54,480 nt of DNA, taken from positions 124,001-178,480 of the forward strand of contig JBPGPT010000032.1 of the NCBI GenBank assembly GCA_051047955.1. Direction: 5' to 3'. The DNA comes from Cystobasidiomycetes sp. EMM_F5. Taxonomy: Eukaryota. The notes under the pieces were generated by a model. That model was not told where the DNA came from. It did not search any database and worked only from the letters and a program-made list of their open reading frames with translations. This document shows positions 37,504 to 48,710 of the stretch, one piece after another (position 1 is the stretch's first letter; every line of letters begins with the position of its first letter). The translations under genes and the position numbers were made by a program.

Positions 37504-39368
37504 ATGGCTACGATCCTTCTGTAAGTCCTACCGACTCAGATGATTACGTACGGCTGCATGCTAAGGCATCTCGTCATCCTGCCTCAGCTGTAGCTCACTT
37601 GGGTGCTCAATATATATGGCATACAAGCTCTACATATACCCAAACTACATCTGCACAATTCGAAAGCTTCCTGGCCCATCTGGTGGTGATCTGTTATGCG
37701 GTGACATCCGAGAGATGCTGCAAGATGAGGATCCAAGCGTGACTCACAATCGGTTGGTGGTTCCTGAACATGCGCTCCTAGTTTCATCAGGCTGACTTGA
37801 TATTCAGATGGTCTGAGCGGTATGGGCCAGTACTGAAGTTCAGATCAATCTTTGGGAAGACGCGTTTGCATTTGGTTGATGCGACTGCCATTCGTCACGT
37901 CATGCTACGAAACACGTATGCCTATGCACGTCCGCCGCTTATGCAGACGTGCTTCGAATTACTGCTCGGTAGCAAAGGTCTTGTTACCGTCACGGGCGAT
38001 GACCACAAGCGCCATCGGAGAATTCTGGCGCCGGCATTCACGCAAAAAGCAGTCGATCAATGTCTGCCTTCCTTCGCAGCCACAGCTGACAAACTGTGCT
38101 CGCGTATCAAACTCCTGCTCAATCCTGTAGGTCCCGACGCCATCAAGGATGAAGGGTTTGCGGAAGACCATGACTCGCAGAAGCACATCAGCAGCAATGT
38201 GGAGATGTCGTCTCTCCTTAACAATGCGACTTTGGACGCAGCCGGCCTTGCCGCCTTTGGCTATGACTTTAAAGCGCTAGACAACGGTAACGATGTGACA
38301 GATGCTGGCGCTGAAGCACTGTCTGGTAAAGTCAGCCTCGTCGGATACTTCCTCATGCATGCACTGCCCTATATACCCTTCGTGGCATATTTACCAATTA
38401 AAACCGTCAGACATCATGCGCACGCACTGCGCATGCTGCAAAAGTCTGCTGAAGACATACTGGAAAACACTGCGTCGGATAATGGCGAAGGACAAACGAA
38501 CCTGCTGTCTTTAATTCTGGCTGCAAACCAAAATCCCAGCAAAGAACATGTCAGACTTCACGACAATGAGGTTGTCGGTACAATTACGAACTTCGTGGCT
38601 GCCGCACACGAGACCACAGCTACTTCGCTCAGCTGGTGTCTCGTACATTTGGTCCAGCATCCGCATATCCAAGATCGGCTGCGCACCGAGCTAGCAGCCA
38701 CTATGGCGTCGCATGATGGAGTGGTCTCTGTCGAGGCTGTAGCTGACATGCCGTATCTGGATGCATTCTTAGTAAGCTTTGGTAATTCCAACGTGCCTAC
38801 TAGTACTGATACGGATGGTGTCGCAGAAAGAATCGCTTCGTTGCTCTCCACCCGTGCGCTCATTGATGAGAATGGCAACCGAAGACGACGTCATTCCATT
38901 CCGTACCGCTGTGAAGCAAGTAGACGGCAATCTGATCGACAGCATATCCATCCGAGCTGGTCAGGAGATCTCCATATCGATCGCGAGTTTCAACATGAAT
39001 GAAAACGTCTTTCCCGAGCCTCATCGTTTCGACCCCGAACGCTGGCTTGTAGATGGAGCTATACCGAATGCAGGAAAGGGCACGGCTGCCTTCGATCCTC
39101 TGCTCACATTTTCAGGCGGTCAGCGGTGAGCAGCTGGTTTGCCGGTTCGTATGTACAAAGCTAATGTAATTGGATTAGTGCATGCATCGGCTATCGCTTC
39201 GCTCTACTTCAAGAAAAGATAGTACTGACTAAACTCATCGAGTCGTTCAAATTTAGCAAGACTGCAGACGATGTCGAATTTGGCTTGTCGGAGCATTTGA
39301 CAACGAAACCCATCATTGTAGGATCAAGTCAAAGCCTAGTATTTCGCGTTAGACAGGTAGAAGCGTAA
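37504..39368 (+). CDS. Cytochrome P450 (P450-5), opposite strand to the other four
   Basis: MATILL|CSSLGCSIYMAYKLYIYPNY..LPGP; I-helix VAAAHETTATS; KESLR; FDPERW; heme motif split by an intron FSGGQR|ACIGYRFA. Confidence 0.9.
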
Positions 39369-39672
39369 TGCCCTGATTAAAAGCAAAAATCCCCTCAAAT
39401 TCTACAGTCGCATGACTGGGCTCCTCTTCTTAGTTCTTGTCTGCGACGCTCCGTCTGAATCAAAGAAGAATAGCCGAGATGCCACCGTAAGTTGCTGGCT
39501 GACGCCTAACCTTTCTGAATGATGCAGATGACCAAGAAAATGTAAATACAGCGTCTCTGCACGGAGACCTTTTAGCTGAGACTCTTCACACAAACGATTC
39601 AAAGAGCTTGCACAGCTGAACGAAGTGCACAATCAGATGTCGTGATGAGTCTAGTAGTGATAGCGCAATGCA

Positions 39673-40374
39673 CTATTGAATCGTACATCCATCTTTCCTC
39701 TTAGCGCGCCGATGATGGCTCGCAGCAGAACCAACTGCGGAAGCCGAGACTGTACTCCCGCGAACTCGCTTGTGCGGCTCCATCTGGCCGGACGCACGTC
39801 GGCGCCATTCGATGTCTCGACTGGAAGGATCAAACCACATTTCTTTGATGTCGCTTCTGGAAGTCTTGGTAGGATTGTTATTATAAGACATGATGCTGAA
39901 CCCGAAGCGCTGAAAGTAGGTGGTTGCAGGCGGTGTAATATTGTTGAGCGCCATCACCTTCACGCATAGGCGCCCGGATAGCGCCTGATCCAGCACTAGC
40001 AGCACTAGTGCCTTTCCCACACCAAAGCTGCGCGTGTTCGGGTTCACATGAAGACGGCGAATCCGAATGTGATCTTGAGGCTCTCTCCCTTCGCCCTTGA
40101 CAAATCTCCAGGCAATGTAGCCCAGCGGAGTACCTCGAGCATCAGTAGCGTAGTGTACATAGAATTTACTCAGACTGTGTCGAACATCAGTAGCTTTCTT
40201 CTTGATAGTCACGTCCGTCATACAGCTCAGGAGATCGTCTACGAGGCGACTTGAAGGATTTACGGCTAGGGCACCAACGGGCAGAGTGTGAGGCTGTCCA
40301 GCGGGCGTACCGATGTTCGACAAGAGCTGAATCTGAATTTGTCCAGTAGGTACAGATAGTGCGCCTCGACTCAT
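39673..40374 (-). CDS. GNAT-family acetyltransferase with polybasic-CaaX tail (CTIQ), intronless
   Basis: GYIAWR, motif A IRRLHVNPNTRSFGVGKALV, motif B PATTYFQRFGF; ends HHRRAKRKDGCTIQ*. Confidence 0.85.
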   Translation of the reverse strand: MSRGALSVPTGQIQIQLLSNIGTPAGQPHTLPVGALAVNPSSRLVDDLLSCMTDVTIKKKATDVRHSLSKFYVHYATDARGTPLGYIAWRFVKGEGREPQDHIRIRRLHVNPNTRSFGVGKALVLLVLDQALSGRLCVKVMALNNITPPATTYFQRFGFSIMSYNNNPTKTSRSDIKEMWFDPSSRDIEWRRRASGQMEPHKRVRGSTVSASAVGSAASHHRRAKRKDGCTIQ

Positions 40375-40796
40375 CTGGTCAAGCTGCTCGCAGATCTGCT
40401 ACTACGATTTGCGGGGATATTACTTGATGAAGCGCGCACACGAGTTGAGATGTGAGGTAGATGCACGAGAGATTCGGACGGACCAGGAGGTCTAAAGCGG
40501 GGCTGAAATTTATAGTTTGAGCCTGCATCGCCCATCGTACTCATTGCCGCAACGCAGTTGTCAGTACTTCATCGCCACATATAAGTGGCGCACGACGGCG
40601 TTGAAGTGGTCGACGCTGGCATGCCAAGCCAGACGCAGTGCTGTATGGTACGGAGAAGTTACATGACGGTTTGGCTGTATGTAGATTCTATCTCTTGTAC
40701 ATTTGTCGATGTGACTTCTATCGTATGATTGCGCGGATTGTATCGCAAGTGGCGACGTTGTTGTTGATACAATGCTTGATGATGATGTGATCGCGT

Positions 40797-41609
40797 CTAC
40801 TGTATGACGCACTTCTCATCTTTCTTGTGTGATTTGGTACGTCTCTTCTTTCTCCTCTGCGGGGTGGTGGATGCTTCCGGATGCGGAGATTCTTCGGTCG
40901 AAACCCGACTCGAACTCAGAGATGACGAGGATGCTGCGCTCGATAGGCGTCGACTACCGTCATTCAGCTGTTCTGACGTCGGACCCCTACCACGAATACG
41001 ACGTTGCGGGAACAACTTTCCGGAAGGGTGCTTGTACCATTGCATGTGATTTGCGGTCGGCTGGAGCCACAGCTCGATGACGTCTGTCCGCAGGCTTGAT
41101 GGATTGTATGCTTGTCTGATGAATCCAAATCGCTCGAAGTATGTATAAGCCGGGGGCTCCGTCTGCGTCATCGCTAGAACCTTGATATTGAGTTTGCGTT
41201 GGTGTGAGAATGTGAAAACTTCCAGCAAAAGTCGTTTGCCTATGCCTCGCCTCCGGATACCAGCTTCTGGGACGACGTGGAGACGACGAATGCGAATATA
41301 GTCCGTTGGCTCTCTGCCTTCGCCCTTCTCGAGTCGCCAAGCTATGTATCCATACCATGTTCCCCTTCTATCGGTAGCGCAATGGACATACCAATCCCTG
41401 AGACTCTGTCTGCAGTCCGTTGCCTTGTGCCGCAGGGCGACGTCTGTCATACACCGTAGCATCTGATCAACGTAAGGACTATTTGGATTTGTATCCAAAG
41501 CTCCTGCTGGAAGGGTACTGGACTGCCCTGAAGGCGTGCCAATGTTCGACAGCAAGCCTACCTGCACCTGTAATTCCGTATGCGCAGAGGAGGAAGGGGA
41601 GGCAGCCAT
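40797..41609 (-). CDS. GNAT-family acetyltransferase with polybasic-CaaX tail (CVIQ), intronless tandem paralog
   Basis: GYIAWR, IRRLHVVPEAGIRRRGIGKRLL, PAYTYFERFGF; ends QRRKKRRTKSHKKDEKCVIQ*; start chosen by alignment to the paralog (in-frame ATG also at 41759). Confidence 0.85.
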   Translation of the reverse strand: MAASPSSSAHTELQVQVGLLSNIGTPSGQSSTLPAGALDTNPNSPYVDQMLRCMTDVALRHKATDCRQSLRDWYVHCATDRRGTWYGYIAWRLEKGEGREPTDYIRIRRLHVVPEAGIRRRGIGKRLLLEVFTFSHQRKLNIKVLAMTQTEPPAYTYFERFGFIRQAYNPSSLRTDVIELWLQPTANHMQWYKHPSGKLFPQRRIRGRGPTSEQLNDGSRRLSSAASSSSLSSSRVSTEESPHPEASTTPQRRKKRRTKSHKKDEKCVIQ

Positions 41610-42117
41610 ACTGTCAGATTGGCACCGTAGTTTGTGTGGTGTGGAAGGGGATTTCGGAATAAGCGGAAGTCTGGAAAACCTAGAGATGGTCGGTGTCAGC
41701 AGGAGGAAGACGTGCAATTGCTGCTGTACTTGAGTCCGAAATCCAGAGTCCACTGCCATGGCTGTTCCATCACTGTCTTTCGTCACCACTTCTATGTTCG
41801 AATGACAAAGGAGTGACAAACAAGGGGGTTTCGCAGTCCTCAGTACAATTCGTCACTCATGTAGTATATATGCCGAGTAGTAGTAAATAAGAGCTGTTCG
41901 CGGTGCTCGGGGCTTCCCCCGCGCCGAGCGCAAACGGCGCAGCTCTAGCTTCCGGAGCTTTCGCCAAGCACATCGCATTCCAGTCTGCCTTCAGTCATCT
42001 TTTGTGAGTCTGGCTGATAGTCATTCCAACGCAGCTTCATTAGAAGTAACGACAATGAGGCAGGTATACCAATTTTTCGAATCTGACCCACACACAAGCA
42101 GGCCGTCCTCGATCCGC

Positions 42118-43519
42118 TCATGTCTTCCTCCCTCGACCGTGTATCGACAGGCCCATTTCCTGAGACTGCTTGACGGACGAGTCTGTTGCTACTTTTGTAG
42201 ACAGCGGCAGCCCAAGGCGTCCATACAGACCGGAGGGCTTGGTAGTTGGGGCCGATGTCTTCCGCTCAACTGGCACACGCGGCATTACCTCTTCTTGCTC
42301 TTTTTTTCCGTGCTTGTCTCTTGACAATCGGTCCGCGGTACGATCCGGATCCGTTCGCGCTTGCTTTCCATTCTCCTCTCGTGACGATGCTGAACCTCTG
42401 TCCAAGCGAGGAGACTTCTCGTCGCGTTTCCTTCGTATTGGAGATCGGCTTCGAGAGGACCGGCGTGGCCTGTCTGATACCTCGTCTCGCGACCTTTCCT
42501 TGCGCTTCAGATCGCGTATAGGTGACGCAGCTCGAGACGTTGTGTCTCGCGAAGGCTTTTTGGATTGCTCGGACCGTTCTCGATGCCCGCTTCTTTCGCT
42601 GTTAGGATCACGGCTCACTCGATCCCGATGATGATAATCATCATTACGGCGATCCGGGGCTTCACGCTTGTCCTTCTGTCTAGAGTCATTTCGTCGAGTG
42701 TCTGGTATATCATCCGGGTGACTCCGTCTGTCCCGGCTGGAAGTGCCGTGTGAGGATGATGTTGAGGCAGCGGTAGGGACGATTACGGAACGTGTCTTAC
42801 TATCAATGCTTGATGGCGCAAGTCGATCCGCGATGCTCGGCTCGGGTTTTTGCGTGCTGGAAGTGCCAACCTGTCGTAACGTCTTGATTACGGCAGCGCT
42901 AGATTCCAGTTCAGCTTCTTGCATTTCAATGAGGGCATGAGCCTCTGGGTAAGAGAATTATACGTGTGAAAGAGAGATATGTACGAGGCATCATACAACC
43001 CGAAAAGGCGTCGAGACAGAAATGTAGGAGGACATAAAATCAAATTTACTACGCTTTCAACATGATGCGGCGACGGAAACGCAACGAAAGAAGTACCTTC
43101 TAGAGCTTTACTCTGTTGTAGGAGAGTCGCATTCATCACTGTCATGGTCTCATTGTGCCTTTTCCGGTCCGCTGCCAGTTCGATATTCTCGTCCGACAGG
43201 ATCTGGAGCCTGGTCAGAAGCATGTCTGTAAGAATAGCATTCGTTCCTGCTACGTGTAGTATAGCGAGACGGGCAGCAGAATCTTGCTGAATGTGTTGTG
43301 TCTCCCGTAACGTTTCAAGGGTTTTGCCCAGCAGACTCAACAACTCTGTCTCCGATGCCGGATACCCTCCAAGAAGGGTCTGATATGATGTACGTATTGA
43401 ATTAATTTACGAAAGCAATAGCGAGACAACAGTCGTCAGCCTACCTTGAAATCCGCGAGGTATGGCCCATCCTTGTCTGCCGAAACAGCGGTCGTCGTTG
43501 ATTCCGGTGACATTTGCAT
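42118..43519 (-). CDS. Coiled-coil protein with Arg/Asp/Ser-rich C-terminus (possible WTAP/Mum2-like)
   Basis: Spliced MQMSPES..DFK|TLLGGYP..RLQILSDENIELA..SKALE|EAHALIEMQEAELESSAAVIKTL then RS/RD repeats (RRSSRSRSPIRR). Confidence 0.6.
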
Positions 43520-43882
43520 TGAAGCGGTCTTGTAGAAAGAGGTGTGGTCACTGAAATTTGACTACTGTACAGCAGATTCCCCTAGCAGCGCTGTGGACCA
43601 TCAGCCTTGGTGTGTGTCGATGCTGCTCAATACACGAACAGGGGAGCTTGGACAGGTTACGGGAGTTGAGAGGGCACATTGCAGAGCCTGTTGACCAGCT
43701 TCACCCGTAAATCATGTTTGTGGTGCAAGGCTAAGCTGCTATTCTACATTGTTGCTCGATTGATGTCAAGATCCAATCCTTGACATCTTCACGACTTCAC
43801 TCCGACCTAATCGCTATCAAGAACACGCTGCGTCAAGCTTCGAAGGAAGGGCCTTGTCCACCTTACCGCCAAAATCATTGAC

Positions 43883-44889
43883 ATGGCCCAACCATTGATT
43901 CCGCCTGTTGAAGCCAATCCTGCTGCTGCTGGCAGCAACAAGGACGTTCCGCGAGATGCAAGGCTTATTGGATTAATACTAGCCAGTCTGGGTGCCCCGG
44001 ACGCAGAGCCGGCTGTCGTAGCCATGCTTCTGGAATTTGCACATAGTATGTATCGAGTGCCGTCAAAATATCCGGCATGGGTTTTGCTTACATGCAATGT
44101 GGAACCGCAGGATACACTCATGAAGTACTCTCAGCCGCACAAGCGTACGCCGAGCACGCTCAACGACCGCCAAATCCTGCGGCCGGGGGAGGAAGCTCTG
44201 CGAATGCAAACGGTATACAGCTGGAACTGGACGATCTACGTCTTGCCGTCTCATCACAGCTCGAACACAGCTACTCTACAGCTCTTCCCAAAGAATTCCT
44301 GTTACCGCTGGCGACCCAGATCAATCGTGTACCTCTGCCTATTCTTCCAGAGAGCTACGGGATACGCCTGCCGCCAGAAAGAGAACGCCTCACTGCGCCG
44401 AATTGGGACTTTTTACCAGTCACTGAAAGGAGAGCCTACGCTGAGCAGGTGCCGCAGCAGCAACAGGATTTGGTACAGTTGATGCCGGACGGGCAGTATC
44501 AGTTGAATGGCGACGGCACCGCTGCACTGGCAGGACTTGTCAACGGAGCAGGAGATATGCAAAACTTGGTCAAGGCTGGCAGATCGAACGGCATGGATAT
44601 CGATCCGTCAGCACAGCAAGACCTGTTTGGGCGGCCGGATGAAGATGCTGACGGCGTCGATGAGGAGGACGACGAGGATGACGATGACGACGATGACGAT
44701 GATGATGAAGAGATGGAAGATGTGCTGGAAGCATCATTACAGAATGGTGTCGCAAAGCCCGCTGAGCCAGATGGAGACGATGACGCGGATGGAGATGGGG
44801 ATGGGGACGGAGAAGCGGATGCGGATGGTGATGGAGAAGGGGATGCTGAAGGCAGCAGACGAGAAGACGATGATTACGATGCGGAATAG
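43883..44889 (+). CDS. TAF9: TFIID/SAGA subunit Taf9
   Basis: VPRDARLIGLILASLG..MLLEFAH|RYTHEVL..YAEHA, LDDLRLA, PKEFLLPLATQINRVPLP, GIRLPPERERLTAPNW; acidic tail. Confidence 0.93.
44655..44882 (+). repeat. Coding low-complexity GAT/GAC and GGN-GAY tracts (poly-Asp and DG repeats) in the Taf9 tail
   Basis: gacgatgacgacgatgacgatgatgat and ggagatggggatggggacgga runs. Confidence 0.7.
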
Positions 44890-45449
44890 TCTGCAGATGG
44901 TTCACGCGCATAACTATGCTAATGTCTGCCAGCTCAGCGTACATATGACGACCTGAGAGCCGTAGCGGGAGGTTGTGAGGTGGGCCAGTGCATACAGACA
45001 CAACTCATTTCCGACGTAGATCCTTGATAATGTCTGCGAATTGAAGTCGATTTGCGAGGCCCACAACATATGTCTCCGGAAGAATTCGAGAAACGGGCCC
45101 CAGACACAGGCCAGACCGGAAGTGTACGGGGGACAGCAGCAGAGAGCCAATTTATGGCTTCGCAGCTTTGCGACACTGCACACCACACCAAGTGGATGCG
45201 ACCACGCCTCTGCCGGTTGCTGTAAAACCGCTGCACCTGCTGCCTCGGGGGCCAAGCCCTCCGCGACTTCTGACGTCGAAGAGCTGCCCGAACGTGAACG
45301 GTGAGCGAGCTTCGACATTTCGGCGACTTGTCAACACAACATGCGCGCCATCTGACATCTAATACTTGCTGCAGTAGTCCCGCTGAAAAGCCCGCGCAAA
45401 CTTCCACATAACGATCCCGCTATTCTGGCTACTAGTCAGCCCATAAATC

Positions 45450-47945
45450 ATGCTCCGACGTACGAGCGGAATTTCCATCCTGGAAGGGAGCGACAGCCCA
45501 GTGGACGGTACAAATGGTGCACGGGGAAGGGCAAACTCTGCCGCAGAGCTGCTTGCGACTTCCCTGCCGGTACTGGTCGATGGCACTTCCCGACCCGATA
45601 TGTCATCTCAAGACAGCGTGAAGGATGTGCACCACATCGAGGAAGGCAGCGATTCGGACAGCATTGGCAGTGCGAGCAAGTACAAGCAACCTAATCAACA
45701 GGGCAGACGCTTTCGCGGTAGAGGCTTCAAGCGATGGTGGACGCAGAGCACCAGCAGCAACGGCAGTGCAAACGGGGCAGCTGTGTTTGCCCCACCCGTA
45801 GTCTCAAAACCACGCAGGACCTTCAAGCAGTGGTTGGCATGGCAGAAGCAAGAGCATAGAGACTGTGTAAAGCAAACCTGGACCGAATTCTGGACAAAGT
45901 TTAGAGCCCTCGACAAGAAGCGCACTGCAAAGCAGGTGTTCGCTAGGAGATGGTGGGGCTGGTGGGCTCTCCTCATCACGATTGTGGCCTGTTCGGTAAC
46001 CCTCAGCCGATTCGTACGTTCTAGTCACGTTTCACAGTAAGCGTGATATATGCGCTGAATACACGTCTTCTGCCATTCACAGCACGATAAAATTATAGAG
46101 GCTATCCATCCGGTTGCAGTGACAATCTTCAGATTGCCGTGGACATGGACTATTCCCGTTATCCTTCTCATCGTCGTTTCCATCCCACCACTCATTGGTC
46201 ACGAGATTATCATTCTGATTGTAGGTGTAATCTGGGGCGTCTGGTGGGGCTTCCTCATAGCCATTGCTGGGACATTCCTTGGGGAAATTTTATGCTGTAT
46301 GTCCACTTTGACGCATCTCCACTCTATCCCCACCCTAATTTGCCACTGATAGACTACCTGATGAAACACGGTCTACGAAAGCATGCCGCCAAATTCGAGC
46401 AAAAGTCGCGCTTGTATGCTGGCCTCGCCAACATCATGAGGCGCGACGGTCTCTGGATGATTATTCTTGTTCGCTTTTCCGCTATTCCTGGGCACATTAC
46501 TACAGCGGTAAGGATGTACGCACCCGTGGTGACGAACACCCTTTTTGATGTTGTGCTTGAATAGATCCAATCCACGATTGGCATCTCGGTGTGGATCTTT
46601 GGTATCGCAGCCGCGGTGTCGCTCCCGAAGCAACTGGCTCTTGTCTATCTCGGTGTGGTGTTTGGCGAACGTACAGTCCCCGATACTGGACTTGATCCAA
46701 ACTTCAAGGCGCACATCGAGATGTTACAGAGAAAGAACAAGATTATCACTTGGACCTTGTTCGTGTTTACGACGCTGTTGGTAAGCGGTGCCTAAATATA
46801 GACTTTCGAGAGACGTGCAACTAAATAGCTGTGACGACGGTGTGCAGACCTTTGTTGCTGCGTACGTTATCTGGTTCAGAATGTGGCAGGTCTGGAAAGA
46901 GAAGGACGCGGCTGAAGCTGCTCAAACCAAAGCGGAGGCAGACGAAGCCGAACGTCTTGCCCGCTTGGATGATAAATCTGGCATGCTTGGCATTGAGACT
47001 CAGGATACAATCGAGTCGACATATGCCTATACGCTCCCTGCCTTCCCTGGCTTAGAATCCGAATACAGCAGATCGCCCCCAGGCTATACTTCAAACATGC
47101 CCAGCAACGGTTCGATTCGGAGTGGTAAAGGCAGCATTATCACGAATGGAGGCGGTCGACCAGGTATTGGACCGAGGACACGTAGTGGAACGCTCGTCGG
47201 ACTGGCGTTCTCCAACAATTCCCTACCATACCTACCCTATACTCCGATGCTTGATCTGCCAAACAGACTACCGCCATCTGCAAGGGAACACATGCCTTCG
47301 GCCGTTCCTTCGGCAGTTGTCACGGATCCTGATGAGGATAGGAACAGTATACACGAAGAGAGGCCGTACACGCCGCCTTCGCAATCGCCGGTATCTCCCA
47401 AGTTTGGTCAGCCGCCTTCACCGGGAGGCATAATGGGAGACCGAGATCCGTCTGGTCGCTTGCGCAAAGTAAGGCTAGCAAAATCGGGTAGTAACAGCAA
47501 CTTCTTGCCTCAAATTAACACATCGTCCAGCTCTGGGAAGAGCAGTGAAGAGCTGATAGAACTGTCACCGCGCAACAGCGTGGGACACCCCGGTAAAGGC
47601 GAGTCACAGCAGTATTCGGATATCAAGTCTGGAAAGAATCGGACACGTTCCAGGAGTCGGTCAAGCACGCTGGCTATCAGCAGCTTGCCCGCGTACAACC
47701 ATACTATGGATGCCGCTAGACAGCAGGTTGCCGCGTCCAGTCCGCTCAGGGCACCGCCGATGACGCAGGAGCATCAGTATTTTGGGGGAGCTGCTCCTGC
47801 AGATTCATCGTCATTGACGCGCCAAGCCACGACTGCTAGCAATGGCAAAGCAGAAAGACCTGGGTCTTCCCATAGTTCGCGGACGAGTCGAGACTCGTTT
47901 ACATCTTTCCGGTCAGACGACCGGGACGCTGGGGGCATTGTGTAG
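45450..47945 (+). CDS. TVP38: Tvp38/TMEM64-like (VTT/DedA domain) membrane protein with long disordered C-terminus
   Basis: IPVILLIVVSIPPLIGHEII, GFLIAIAGTFLGE, IILVRFSAIPGHITTA, SLPKQLALVYLG; alternative start 45600. Confidence 0.8.
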
Positions 47946-48710
47946 GAGGCTAGATGTCCGAGAAGGGACGTTTGGAAGCGTATCGATCAGGCTGATGAAG
48001 CCAGATGCCTGTATCTGTACATATGTGGACGTATATAAAATCTTAACCCAGAGGTGTATCTCATTCATCATACTTGTTAATCGAATGTGTTCATAGTCAG
48101 ACCATGGCAATGTACAGTGCATTCGTTTCTTGATCTTTTCGTCTTTGCGAGTTTCTGCCTCAAATTTGAGGTTTCTGGCAGGATTTTAGGCATATTCTCG
48201 AGGTGAGAACTGCACGACCTTACACTGCTCGGCCCAGCTCAACTCGCCAGCAAACTGCGCCTAAGAAAGTGACGGGACTCGCTCCACTACAAGGTACGCA
48301 CAGGCAGCTTCCCCGTCAACAAACTCTGGCCTGCTCGGTTGGCGGTTCCATCCTCGATGAAACTGGTCAGACCACCGACGGAGCGACGCTTGAGTAGCGG
48401 TCAAGGGTATTTCCGTCTAGTTGTCGGATGTCAGACACTGGAGTCGCTAGTGCTCGCCGCTCTGGACGGTGCCGACCATGTTACAGCGAGAGACGGAACC
48501 GAAAATGAGCCAACACGCTGCCAGCGAATGGTTCCAGACCCATGGCCCAGTCACAATTTACTCGGTGGACTTTAGCTGATAATTGAACCCCGTCGTCCTG
48601 AATCCGCCTCACGCCTTTGCATCATCTGGTTGATTGTCGCTATCAACACGGTTCTATGAATCCTTCTCAATCCCAAACAGACTTTAAGCAAATCAAGAAA
48701 ATACTTCACG

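Noticed and set aside
39673..41609. CaaX-ending ORFs as basidiomycete lipopeptide pheromone precursors / MAT locus
   Set aside because: The proteins are over 230 aa with a GNAT fold and no repeated peptide units, and no STE3 receptor or homeodomain genes are in the window
41895..41925. GC-rich hairpin gctcgg..ccgagc upstream of the second GNAT
   Set aside because: Short stem, no tRNA cloverleaf or Pol III boxes; plausible by chance
44507..45001. Met/Thr-rich and His-rich ORFs
   Set aside because: Alternative-frame and antisense readings of the Taf9 acidic low-complexity tail
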